Source: Gammaproteobacteria bacterium (lineage in GTDB: Bacteria > Pseudomonadota > Gammaproteobacteria > CBDBNL01 > JAAOII01). Taken from it: a DNA stretch of 64,000 bases. Of this stretch, positions 37,508-47,006 are shown piece after piece. The notes under the pieces were generated by a model, which was not told the DNA's origin, searched no databases, and saw only the letters and a program-made list of their open reading frames with translations. The position numbers and the translations under genes are program-made. Location of the stretch: positions 96,001-160,000 of the forward strand of contig OZ242372.1 of NCBI GenBank assembly GCA_965209035.1, given 5' to 3'. How positions within the stretch are numbered: position 1 is the first letter of the stretch; each line of letters starts with the position of its first letter.

Positions 37508-38206
37508 TTATAACAGGCCCTCTTCACTGAACGACAAGGTTTTGCTGCCGCCAATGATGAAGTGATCCAACAACCGTATATCCACCAATTCACAAGCATC
37601 TTTTACCCGCCTTGTGATGCGTTTGTCCGCCTCGCTTGGTTCCGTGAAGCCGGAAGGATGATTATGGGCGATGACAATGGCAGCCGCATTAACCTTAAGG
37701 GCATAACGAATAATCTCGCGCGGATAGACACGCGCGGAATCAATAGTCCCTTGGAACATCTCACGGAACTCCAATATGCGATGCTTGTTATCCATGAAAA
37801 TGCAAGCAAAAACCTCATTGCCTCTGCTGCCAAGGACATGCGACAAGTATTCGCGCATGCGTTTAACGGAGGTAATGGGGTCGGTTTCGCGGCGTAAAAT
37901 GTCTTCCAAGTAGCGGCGCGCCAATTCTATGATGGCGCGAAACTGCACATACTTGGCTTCGCCCAGCCCTTTTTCTTGACAAAACTCTTTCTTGCTGCTT
38001 TCCAACAACCATTTGAGTCCGCGCTTGTCTATGAGTTCTTCCGCCAATGCCATCACGCCCTTGCCGGTATAGCCGACACGCAGAAAGATTGCGAGAAGTT
38101 CTTTGTCGCTCAGATGACGGGCACCATACCGCAAGAGTTTTTCTCGCGGTCTGTCTTCGCCGGGGCGCCAATGGTTATTCTGAGGTGCTCTGCCGTCGGT
38201 GGACAT
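37508..38206 (-). CDS. radC: RadC (JAB domain, full length)
   Basis: RPREKL..G...LSD.ELLAIFL, GLGEAK, GTID..VYPREI, HNHPSG, LLDH. Confidence 0.95.
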   Translation of the reverse strand: MSTDGRAPQNNHWRPGEDRPREKLLRYGARHLSDKELLAIFLRVGYTGKGVMALAEELIDKRGLKWLLESSKKEFCQEKGLGEAKYVQFRAIIELARRYLEDILRRETDPITSVKRMREYLSHVLGSRGNEVFACIFMDNKHRILEFREMFQGTIDSARVYPREIIRYALKVNAAAIVIAHNHPSGFTEPSEADKRITRRVKDACELVDIRLLDHFIIGGSKTLSFSEEGLL

Positions 38207-39774
38207 CCGGACGTGCCTGCTCTATGAGTTTTCCGGCATAGTCTGGGACGTCGTTTTTTAGCCTCTCGCCGCCTATCATTCTGCCTCTTTTAATTTTTCT
38301 TTCCATAGTGGATGGTATTTTGTTGAAAGCATTTTATTTTTTTAATGAAACTCCTTGTCAATTGTTTTAGTTTTTGTAACCGCCGTAACCGTATAGCACG
38401 CATCCGCATGCACCGCAATCCGCGGGTGATGCGTAATACAAATAACTTGCGTGTTGCCGCCCAAGAGCGCAAGAGTTTTTCTCGCGGTTGCCTTCGCCGG
38501 GGCGCCAATGGTTATTCTGAGGTGCTCTGCCGTCAGTGGACATCCGGACGTGCCTGCTCTATGAGTTTGCCGGCATAGTCCGGGACGTCGTTTTTTAGCC
38601 TCTCGCCGCCTATCATTCTGCCTCTTTTAATTTTTCTTTCCATAGTTGATGGTATTTTGTTGAAAGTATTTTAATGGAACTCCTTGTCAATTGTTTTAGT
38701 TTTTGTAACCGCCGTAACCGTATAGCACGCATCCGCATGCACCGCAATCCGCGGGTGATGCGTAATACAAATAACTTGCGTGTTGCCGCCCAAGAGCGCA
38801 AGAGTTTTTCTCGCGGTTGCCTTCGCCGGGGCGCCAAGGGTTATTTTGAGATACTCCTCTGCCGTCAGTGGACATCCGGACGTGCCTGCTCTGTGAGTTT
38901 GCCGGCATAGTCCGGCACGTCGTTTTTTAGCCTCTCGCCGCCTATCATTCTGCCTCTTTTAATTTTTCTTTCCATAGTTGATGGTATTTTGTTGAAAGCA
39001 TTTTAATGGAACTCCTTGTCAATTGTTTTAGTTTTTGTAACCGCCGTAACCGTATAGCGCGCATCCGCAGGTGCCATAATCCGCGGGTGATGCGTAATAC
39101 AAATGACTTGCGTGTTGCCGCCCAAGAGCGCAAGAGTTTTTCTCGCGGTTGCCTTCGCCGGGGCGCCAAGGGTTATTTTGAGATACTCCTCTGCCGTCAG
39201 TGGACATCCGGACGTGCCTGCTCTATGAGTTTGCCGGCATAGTCCGGCACGTCGTTTTTTAGCCTCTCGCCGCCTATCATTCTGCCTCTTTTAATTTTTC
39301 TTTCCATAGTTGATGGTATTTTGTTGAAAGCATTTTAATGGAACTCCTTGTCAATTGTTTTAGTTTTTGTAACCGCCGTAACCGTATAGCGCGCATCCGC
39401 AGGTGCCATAATCCGCGGGTGATGCGTAATACAAATAACTTGCGTGTTGCCGCCCAAGAGCGCAAGAGTTTTTCTCGCGGTTGCCTTCGCCGGGGCGCCA
39501 AGGGTTATTTTGAGATACTCCTCTGCCGTCAGTGGACATCCGGACGTGCCTGCTCTATGAGTTTGCCGGCATAGTCAAGCACGTCGTTTTTTAGCCTCTC
39601 GCCGCCTATCATTCTGCCAATTTCAGTTTTTCTTTCCATAGTTGAAAGTATTTTAATGGAACTCGTTGTTAAATTTTCTTTTTTGGTTTTTGTAACCGCA
39701 TAGTGCGCATCCGCATGCACCGCAATCTGCGGATGATGCGTAATACAAATGACTTGCGTGTTGCCGCCCAAGAG
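38131..39774. repeat. Tandem array of 5 copies of a ~313-338-bp unit (recN 3' end plus radC 5' end)
   Basis: Marker GCAAGAGTTTTTCTCGCGG at 38131, 38469, 38798, 39130 and 39462; the units align to recN's final ~80 codons and radC's first ~25 codons. Confidence 0.93.
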
Positions 39775-41193
39775 TGCCAGCATCTTGCCAACAACCGATG
39801 CCACACCGCTGCTGATTCCGCTGTCCACCTCGTCAAACACCAGGCACGGAATGGCGGAGTTGCGCGCCGCCACCAGGTTCACCGCCAATGCAATGCGGGA
39901 CAATTCGCCGCCGGAAGCAATGCGTCGCATCGGCAACAGCAGGGATTCCGGCCCTGTGGCAAGCATAAATTCTATCACGCCGTCCCCGTTTTCGGTCAGT
40001 CTTTCCAGCCGTGAGAATTGAGTGGCAAACTTACATTCCATGTCCAGTTCGCGCAGTTTGGCTGCCACTTCTTGGTCAAAGCGGGCCGCCGCCAATCTGC
40101 GTTTCTCGGTCAGGCTGTGCGCCAGTTCGCGGCATTTCTCCTCCGTTTCTTTTTCCATACGCGTCAAGTTGCCTATCTTTTCTTCATTGCTGTCCAGTTC
40201 TTCCAATTCTTTCTGTTTGCTTAATTTAAGAGATTCCAAGTTACCCGGCTCCGTCCGATGTTTGCGCGCCAACCGGTGAATTGCACTCATCTTGGCGTCC
40301 AGGCCCGCAAAATCAAGTGTCTCGCTGTTGGCTTTGTCCGCGTAAGATTGTAATTCCGCACGCAAGTTTTCCAACAGTTTGCGGCCACTTTCCGGTTGGC
40401 TCGCCAGTTCACTTAAAAATTTGTCGTTTGCCTGTTGCAATTTACTTTGTAATTCGTTAAGTTGTTGGGTTAAACCGGAACTGTCTTGGTTGTCCAGTAT
40501 TTGCATACAGTCTTCCAGGGACTGGTTGAGAATCTCGCTATTATTGCTCAAGCGATGCTGTTCTTCCAGTTCCGTATAGTCCTTTTGCGACAAAGCGATT
40601 TCTTCCAACTCCGCCAGTTCGTGTCTGAGGAGGCTGAGCATGCGCTCGTCCGTTTGGCCTGTTTGCCGTCTTGTCGTGAGTTCGCGCCGCAATTCCAGCA
40701 GTTTTTCATACACGGCGCGGTATGCCGCAGATTCTTTGCCGGTTCCGCCGAAATCGTCAATGAACCGGATGTGCGTGTGCCGTTGCATCAGAAGTTGGTG
40801 GGCATGCTGTCCTTGCAAACTAATCAGTAAGCTTGCCACTTCTTTCATATCTTGCAAGGTAGCGGGCACTCCGTTAATAAAAGACTTTGAACCGCTGCCG
40901 CTTAAACTTCTGCGCAAAATGCATTCGTTATCCTGAAACAGGTCGCGTTTTTCCAGCCAAGCGCGAACTTGAGGTAACTTTTCCGTTTCAAAAATGGCGC
41001 TAATTTCGGCGCGAACTTTTTGGTTGCGGATCAGAGAGGGGCTGCCGCGTTCGCCGAGTGTCAAACCAAGTGCGTTCAAAATGATAGACTTGCCGGCACC
41101 CGTTTCGCCCGTAATCACATTCATTGCGGGATGAAACTCCAGTTCCAGTTTGTCAACCAGAACAAAATTACCGACCGAGAGTTGGGTTAGCAT
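39529..41193 (-). CDS. recN: DNA repair protein RecN
   Basis: ITGETGAGKS, ASGGELSR, VFDEVDSG, CITH. Confidence 0.95.
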   Translation of the reverse strand: MLTQLSVGNFVLVDKLELEFHPAMNVITGETGAGKSIILNALGLTLGERGSPSLIRNQKVRAEISAIFETEKLPQVRAWLEKRDLFQDNECILRRSLSGSGSKSFINGVPATLQDMKEVASLLISLQGQHAHQLLMQRHTHIRFIDDFGGTGKESAAYRAVYEKLLELRRELTTRRQTGQTDERMLSLLRHELAELEEIALSQKDYTELEEQHRLSNNSEILNQSLEDCMQILDNQDSSGLTQQLNELQSKLQQANDKFLSELASQPESGRKLLENLRAELQSYADKANSETLDFAGLDAKMSAIHRLARKHRTEPGNLESLKLSKQKELEELDSNEEKIGNLTRMEKETEEKCRELAHSLTEKRRLAAARFDQEVAAKLRELDMECKFATQFSRLERLTENGDGVIEFMLATGPESLLLPMRRIASGGELSRIALAVNLVAARNSAIPCLVFDEVDSGISSGVASVVGKMLALLGGNTQVICITHHPQIAVHADAHYAVTKTKKENLTTSSIKILSTMERKTEIGRMIGGERLKNDVLDYAGKLIEQARPDVH

Positions 41194-42292
41194 TTTTGTG
41201 TTTCAGATACTCGTCTTTACTAAGGTTTCTGTGCTCCGCTTTGTTGATCTGCCCGAGTCGTTTGAACCAATCGGAGCAATTTTCTTCCGCCAAACTTGCC
41301 ATCATCGCAATATGATTGGGAGTGTCGTTTAAGCAAGGAATGTAATCATAGTGTTGGCCGCCGGCTTTTATAAAGACTTCCCGATTTTCCCGGTCTATTT
41401 CTTCAATCGTTTCCAAACAATCCGAGGAGAAGCCCGGACAAATCACCCGCAGATCTTTGATCCCTTTGGCCGGCAAGGCGGCAAGAGTTTCATCCGTGTA
41501 AGGTTGCAACCAGGGTTGTTTGCCAAAACGGGACTGAAAAGTAACCCTATAATCGCTTTCTCGCAGTTTGAGTTCTGCGGCAACCAGACGGGCGGTTTTG
41601 TGGCAGTGGCAATGATAAGGATCTCCCTGCCCGAGCGAAGCCAGAGGGATACCGTGAAACGAAAACAACAGAAGAGAGTTCTTATCTTTTGGACGGCGAG
41701 ATGCCCGCACGGAATCCGCCAGAACCTTAATGAATTCCGGGTGGTCGTGATAAGAATGGATGAATCTTGTATCGGGTATCCATCGCCATCGCCGCAGTTC
41801 CTCTGTCACAGACTCAAACACAGAACCCACCGTGGCGGAAGCATATTGCGGGTAAAGAGGAAAGATCAGCAAGCGGGTAACGCCTTCTTCTTTCAATTTA
41901 AGTAACGCCTGCGAAATAGCCGGCTTGCCGTAACTCATCCCAAGACCGACGGTGACAAACGGATAATCTTTGATGAGGGTTTGATGCAGTTTATTTTGCT
42001 GGGAGTAACTGAATAACAACAAAGGAGCGCCCTCCTTGCGCCATATTTTGCGATAGTTTGCCGCCGCAACATGCGAACGGCGCGGCAAGATAATTAAGTT
42101 TAAGAGTAGCCATTTCGGCAGTTTGGACATCTCTATGACCCGTCTGTCGCCGAGAAACTGTCGCAAGTAGCGTTTGAGTGCCCCGGGTGCCGGGCTGTCC
42201 GGGCTACCCAAAGCAACCAACAAGATACCCAGTTTTTCGGGCTGTCCGTGACGATAGTGATCCGTACGAACAAGACCTCCGGTCTCACTCAC
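41168..42292 (-). CDS. hemH: Ferrochelatase
   Basis: LGSPDSP, PLYPQY, FSFHGIP, FQSRFG, WLQPYT, DCLETIEEI. GTG 42292 preferred as start. Confidence 0.94.
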   Translation of the reverse strand: MSETGGLVRTDHYRHGQPEKLGILLVALGSPDSPAPGALKRYLRQFLGDRRVIEMSKLPKWLLLNLIILPRRSHVAAANYRKIWRKEGAPLLLFSYSQQNKLHQTLIKDYPFVTVGLGMSYGKPAISQALLKLKEEGVTRLLIFPLYPQYASATVGSVFESVTEELRRWRWIPDTRFIHSYHDHPEFIKVLADSVRASRRPKDKNSLLLFSFHGIPLASLGQGDPYHCHCHKTARLVAAELKLRESDYRVTFQSRFGKQPWLQPYTDETLAALPAKGIKDLRVICPGFSSDCLETIEEIDRENREVFIKAGGQHYDYIPCLNDTPNHIAMMASLAEENCSDWFKRLGQINKAEHRNLSKDEYLKHKNANPTLGR

Positions 42293-42293
42293 C

Positions 42294-42785
42294 TTATTCC
42301 TCTTTTTCCTCCGTTTCGGAAAAGATGAAAAGATTCCGCAGTTCGGGCAGCAACTCAACAATCATGTATTTCAAGAAGGGGCGCATATAAACATCCTTAT
42401 CCACCACAGCACCGTTCCATATCAATATATCCATATCTATGCAACGCGGCGCGTCCGAGGAGTTCGGCTCTCTGCCCAGTTGTCGTTCAATGTCTTTGAG
42501 TTGCGTGCGTAATTCCGGCCAAGAACAGGATGTTTCCAGCAGGCAAGCACAATTTACAAAGTCCGGCTGCGAATCGGGAACATCCATCGCCGGCGTTGTG
42601 TGGGATTTTGACCATTTGACAATCGAGTAGTTTGCTTCAAGCAGTTCCTTAACCTTGCCAATATGATGCTCCGGTCGGATGTTGGAGCCAATACCGACCA
42701 GGACCCGATTGGGCCTCTTTTCTTTTGTTGTTTTAGTTTCTTTATTTGTTTGTTCCATTTTTTCAGTTTTTATTTTTCCAGACAT
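42294..42785 (-). CDS. folK: 6-hydroxymethyl-dihydropterin pyrophosphokinase
   Basis: GIGSN, QPDFVN, IERQLGR, PRCIDMDIL. Confidence 0.92.
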   Translation of the reverse strand: MSGKIKTEKMEQTNKETKTTKEKRPNRVLVGIGSNIRPEHHIGKVKELLEANYSIVKWSKSHTTPAMDVPDSQPDFVNCACLLETSCSWPELRTQLKDIERQLGREPNSSDAPRCIDMDILIWNGAVVDKDVYMRPFLKYMIVELLPELRNLFIFSETEEKEE

Positions 42786-43156
42786 AATTCTATCGCCACC
42801 GTATCACTAAAACGCAAGGCACCGGGTTTCTCGGCACGCACCCTAACCCGCATCGCCTTGTCTTCACCGAGAACAATATCCGCAATTCCCATTGCCATTT
42901 TTTCCAACAACCCAAAACGCCCTTGTTCCACATGCGCGATGATCCTCTTGTTAAGAATTTTGTAATTCAATGTATCTTCAATCCGATCGGTTTCGCAAGC
43001 ACGCAAAGTTTCCGCGGCGCAGTCGATCCGGACAGTGATGTTCACATCCTGTTTGTTTTTCTGTTCCCAGTCATAAATGCCCACATAGGTGCGGAGACGC
43101 AGATTCTTGATCTCAATTTGCATTGTTGGCGTTGTTGGCACCGTTTGCTTTTTCAT
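42770..43156 (-). CDS. folB: Dihydroneopterin aldolase (FolB/FolX family)
   Basis: IKNLRLRTYVGIYDWE, LNY, LLE, KPGA. Confidence 0.85.
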   Translation of the reverse strand: MKKQTVPTTPTMQIEIKNLRLRTYVGIYDWEQKNKQDVNITVRIDCAAETLRACETDRIEDTLNYKILNKRIIAHVEQGRFGLLEKMAMGIADIVLGEDKAMRVRVRAEKPGALRFSDTVAIELCLEK

Positions 43157-43209
43157 ATCCTCTTATTAATGTAATGTAAATGTACTGTTTTACAATCCGT
43201 TTATTCTCA

Positions 43210-43399
43210 TTATAAGAACTTTATTCTATCCCTTTGCAAAATTGTATGATCCCACCCAGTTCCGGACTTTTGTTGTTTTTGCAAGAACCGGATTGGGCCG
43301 GATTGGGATAGTTGTTTGAGAGCATAATGAGGACGTTCGCGATGATACCAAGCCAACCATTCGATGAGTTTGGCGTTGTGTCAATGCCGACGTGCAAAT
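43210..43399 (+). repeat. 190-bp target-site duplication, left copy (IS1634 copy 2)
   Basis: ttataagaac...gtgcaaat matches 45386-45575. Confidence 0.95.
43243..43378 (-). mobile_element. IS481-family right-end remnant (duplicated at 45419-45554 by the TSD)
   Basis: TGTATGATCCCACCC...GAGTTTGGCGTTG is a diverged inverted copy of the last ~130 bp of the IS481 element. Confidence 0.85.
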
Positions 43400-45385
43400 C
43401 TTGACTTCGGAAAGAAATTATTATATTTTTAAAAAACCTTGTATTTTCAAGGTTTTTTTAGGATCTTTAATAGTGTATAATTAAAAGCATAATATGTATA
43501 TTCGCGAATTCACTCGAAAAAACGGGCAGGTTCTGTCCGTGGTTTTTTCTTTTTATCGGTCCAAGCACAAGCAGCCGAACAATATGACTCTGTATACCAG
43601 CCAACCGGTGGAAGCCGACAGTGCGGAATATGCGGTGGTGCGGGCCGAGATGGAGCAACGCTGCCGCCGCTTGGAGAAGGAATTAAGACAAAGCACCTCA
43701 CTGAATGCGTTTTTAACAAAACATCAAAAGGTGGTGGGCTGTGGTCGTGGCCATGCTATCCGGCGCAACGACCGGGTGGATGACGATGGACCGGGGGCAC
43801 TTTCGGCCTTAAGAACTTTAGGTGCGCGCAGTTACGGTCTGCCCTATGTCATGGAGAAATTATTTGCGTCCATGGGCTTGGATACGTTGGTGGCACCGCG
43901 GCGCCAACGGCTGAATGCCTGTTTGCGGGTGCTCAGTTGGGGGCGGCTGACGGCCGAGCGGATTAGTAAACGGCAATTGTCGCAGCTGTTGGAAGAAGAA
44001 TATGGGATCCACTGGTCTGAGGACAGCATGTACAAAGCGATGGATCATTTGGATGATGCCGAGATTGAGCGCATTCAGATGCGGGTGGCACGTTCCAATT
44101 TGGCATTACTTAACCAAAAGACGGTGCAGCTGTTGCTGTATGACACGACGACCTTTTATTTTGAATCGGTGCAGGCGGATGACTTCCGCTGCAGAGGTTG
44201 GTCCAAAGACGGCAAAGCCCATCGGACGCAGGTGGTCTTTGGGATGTGGATGACGCCTTGTGGCTTGCCGTTGGGCTACAAACTATTTACCGGTAAGACC
44301 GCGGATGTGTCGACCTTGTTGCCGGCTTTGGACGAGATGCAGCGGCGGCTGGGGGCCCAAAAGACGGTGGTGATTGCTGACAACGGCCTCCTCAGTGAAG
44401 ACAACTTGGCGGCGATTACGGCGGCCGGGCATGCGTTTGTCATGGCCTGTTCGCCACGCAAGTTACCCAAAGAGATCCGCACGGCGGTCTACAACTATGA
44501 TTTTGAAGGCGGGGCCCGCATCTTTGAGATCGGCTTGCTACCACCCGCGCGCACCCAACTTGCCGACAACGACCGCCCTCTGGTGGCACGCAATTATTAT
44601 GCCAACTTCTCCTCCAAGCGCGCCCGCCGCGATCTCCATCAGCTGCATCTGGCCTTGAAGCGGGCCAAAAACAGTACCGGCCGCAACCACCAAGCTCTGC
44701 GGGGGATTGCCTGTCCCGATATCCGTAAGTTCTTATCCAACAACGGCATCACCACACTGAACCCCACAGCCATCAACCGGGCGATGCAAGAAATCGGTCT
44801 CTATGGCGTGCAGGCCTCGCCCAATATTGACTACCAAACCGCCTACACTTACTACAAACAACTGTATGCCATTGAACACGGCTTCCGGGATCTTAAAAGT
44901 GATCTGCAAATCCGCCCGACCTTCCATTGGAAACCCGAGCGCATCCGCGCCCATTTCGCCCTCTGCTATCTGGCGTTTGCCGCCATCCGCCGCTTGCGGT
45001 ATGTCCTCCGCCAACAAAAGCCCGCACCCACCACCGTGTGGACCACCGAAATGCTGCCGTTCACCGATCTAGATGCCCGACCGCAGCCGCCGCAAAAAAA
45101 CAAGACCGAGGAAATCGTCACCACCAAGAAGATCCTCAAAGAACTGCGCAACTTCAAAGCAACTATCCAACGCAATCCCGTTGGCAACTATTACAGCAGC
45201 CCACACCAACTCACCCCGGGACAGCAACGCATTTTACAAGCCGTTCAACTAAAACCCAAACAACCTGCTCTGTTGGATCACAAACACTAAGCGCAAGAAG
45301 CAAAGTCGCAAGGGCTCATAGTGTATAAAAACGGCCCGCAAACCCTTATAAAAACAGGGTTTTTTAAGAAGTTTCCGAAGTCAAG
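43400..45385 (+). mobile_element. IS1634-family insertion sequence, copy 2
   Basis: Same IRs, length and ORF translation as copy 1 (offset 42275). Confidence 0.93.
43494..45290 (+). CDS. IS1634-family DDE transposase
   Basis: Translation identical to 1219..3015. Confidence 0.92.
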   Translation: MYIREFTRKNGQVLSVVFSFYRSKHKQPNNMTLYTSQPVEADSAEYAVVRAEMEQRCRRLEKELRQSTSLNAFLTKHQKVVGCGRGHAIRRNDRVDDDGPGALSALRTLGARSYGLPYVMEKLFASMGLDTLVAPRRQRLNACLRVLSWGRLTAERISKRQLSQLLEEEYGIHWSEDSMYKAMDHLDDAEIERIQMRVARSNLALLNQKTVQLLLYDTTTFYFESVQADDFRCRGWSKDGKAHRTQVVFGMWMTPCGLPLGYKLFTGKTADVSTLLPALDEMQRRLGAQKTVVIADNGLLSEDNLAAITAAGHAFVMACSPRKLPKEIRTAVYNYDFEGGARIFEIGLLPPARTQLADNDRPLVARNYYANFSSKRARRDLHQLHLALKRAKNSTGRNHQALRGIACPDIRKFLSNNGITTLNPTAINRAMQEIGLYGVQASPNIDYQTAYTYYKQLYAIEHGFRDLKSDLQIRPTFHWKPERIRAHFALCYLAFAAIRRLRYVLRQQKPAPTTVWTTEMLPFTDLDARPQPPQKNKTEEIVTTKKILKELRNFKATIQRNPVGNYYSSPHQLTPGQQRILQAVQLKPKQPALLDHKH

Positions 45386-45575
45386 TTATAAGAACTTTAT
45401 TCTATCCCTTTGCAAAATTGTATGATCCCACCCAGTTCCGGACTTTTGTTGTTTTTGCAAGAACCGGATTGGGCCGGATTGGGATAGTTGTTTGAGAGCA
45501 TAATGAGGACGTTCGCGATGATACCAAGCCAACCATTCGATGAGTTTGGCGTTGTGTCAATGCCGACGTGCAAAT
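45386..45575 (+). repeat. 190-bp target-site duplication, right copy
   Basis: Matches 43210-43399. Confidence 0.95.
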
Positions 45576-45643
45576 AAATGCGCCTATTCAGATGCTTACC
45601 CGATCAATAAGATCTATTTTAGGATTTATATTGACAGGATGAT

Positions 45644-46947
45644 TGCATGATCTCATAAAGGTTCTGGACTCTGAGTTTGGTATTGTGCGTCCTCAGATCA
45701 AGCAGCCGGATGTTCTGTCGGACGGGTCGAAAATAGATCCGGCAACGGGTCTCCGGTATGTGGAGCTAGATGAATGAAACGGGCAAGAAAGATGGATAGC
45801 TGTTTTGCTCTCACCGCCGCAGACAGCGGAGGCTTGTTGTTGATAAAACTGTCTAGGTGTATCCGCTGGCAAGACGGTACGGTGTGCGAGAGCGGCTGCA
45901 CCGCGGAGGTGATTTGAAATGAGAGGAACACGTTTACACTACATTGGTTATCGCGTGCGCGGTTTCAATAAAATGGTGGTTTTAGCAAACAAATATTCAA
46001 ACATGTCTAAAACCACCAAAATCAAACTGGACACCTTAGCGTTCGCGCGCAAACATGGTGTCGCGGCCGCGTTGGATCATGCCAGGATCAGTCGTGCTAC
46101 ATTCTACGAGTGGCAGCGGCGTTTCCGTGAAGGCGGGGTCGATGAACTGGCGAACAACTATGGGTATCAGCCCAAGCGGTCCAACACCTGGCCACCGGCA
46201 CTGATTACCAAGATCCGATCTTGGCGACAAGAGCGTCCGAACATCGGTGCCGGTAAACTGGTCTGCTTGTTACCCGAATGGTGTCAGCAGCGCGGGCTGC
46301 CGCTGCCCAGCCAATCAACGCTCTCTCGCATCATTGCCGATGACCCGGATAAGATGCGGTGCAAACCATCGCGGTCCGTGCCGAAACGCCTGCGGCAAGG
46401 TGCTCCGCGCGAGCGCAAGGACATCCGCTTTGTTGCGGGCCGGAGAGGTGAATGTGTTGCCTTTGATACGCTCGTCCGCATCGTCGATGGCCGGCGCTTT
46501 TATTGGCATGTCGGCATTGATCTATTTTCCCGCTTCTCACTGGTCAGTGTCGACACCTCGGCTGCTTCGGCCAGTTCCGCCCAGCTCTTTACCGCCATGC
46601 AAAACATACTCGGCACTCGGATCGAAAAAGTCCTCACCGATAATGGCAGTGAGTTCGCCAAAGACTTTCACCGGGTCGTGACCGCAAACGGCAGCACCCA
46701 CTGGTATACCTATCCAAGGAAACCGCAAATGAATGCACACTGCGAACGGTTTAATCGCACTCTCTGGGAAGAGTTCGGTTGTCATATGCGGCATCTCTTG
46801 GTTAAGGATATGCCAGCATTCAACGCCAAACTCATCGAGTGGTTGGCTTGGTATAATCTGGAACGTCCCCATTATGCTCTCAAACAACTCTCGCCAATCC
46901 AGTTTTTGCAAAAACAAAAAAAGTCCAGAAATGGGTGGGATCATACA
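45644..46947 (+). mobile_element. IS481-family insertion sequence (~1304 bp)
   Basis: Imperfect IRs TGCATGATCTCA...TCTGGACT / AGTCCAGA...TGGGATCATACA; 5-bp direct repeat ATGAT at 45639-45643 and 46948-46952. Confidence 0.78.
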
Positions 46948-46983
46948 ATGATTAACAAAAGATTCTCAATTCCCGTAAGATAG
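45919..46983 (+). CDS. IS481-family transposase (HTH plus rve integrase core)
   Basis: ISRATFYEW HTH; VAFDT, LTDNGSEF, CERFNRT, YNLERPH; GGAGG RBS. Confidence 0.9.
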   Translation: MRGTRLHYIGYRVRGFNKMVVLANKYSNMSKTTKIKLDTLAFARKHGVAAALDHARISRATFYEWQRRFREGGVDELANNYGYQPKRSNTWPPALITKIRSWRQERPNIGAGKLVCLLPEWCQQRGLPLPSQSTLSRIIADDPDKMRCKPSRSVPKRLRQGAPRERKDIRFVAGRRGECVAFDTLVRIVDGRRFYWHVGIDLFSRFSLVSVDTSAASASSAQLFTAMQNILGTRIEKVLTDNGSEFAKDFHRVVTANGSTHWYTYPRKPQMNAHCERFNRTLWEEFGCHMRHLLVKDMPAFNAKLIEWLAWYNLERPHYALKQLSPIQFLQKQKKSRNGWDHTMINKRFSIPVR

Positions 46984-47006
46984 AATTCCTTGATAACTTT
47001 TTTGAT

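Noticed and set aside
38290-39574. Repeated 72-78-aa ORFs on both strands of the array (MAPRRRQ..., MELLVNC...)
   Set aside because: They are alternative or antisense frames of recN/radC with no evident RBS; their repetition simply reflects the DNA repeat.
38131-39774. Array as a CRISPR or ncRNA array
   Set aside because: Units are ~330 bp with no unique spacers, are fully explained by recN/radC sequence, and no cas genes are present.
1125-45385. Two IS1634 copies as one 44-kb composite transposon
   Set aside because: Each copy has its own distinct target duplication, indicating independent insertions, and the enclosed DNA includes core genes.
45680-45918. Group II intron fragment in the IS481 leader (GTGCG start, GTACGG motif)
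   Set aside because: No convincing domain V hairpin and no reverse transcriptase ORF.
45419-46947. Larger element bounded by two inverted IS481 right ends
   Set aside because: The flanks (AAAAT versus ATGAT) do not form a direct repeat, whereas 45644-46947 has an ATGAT repeat.
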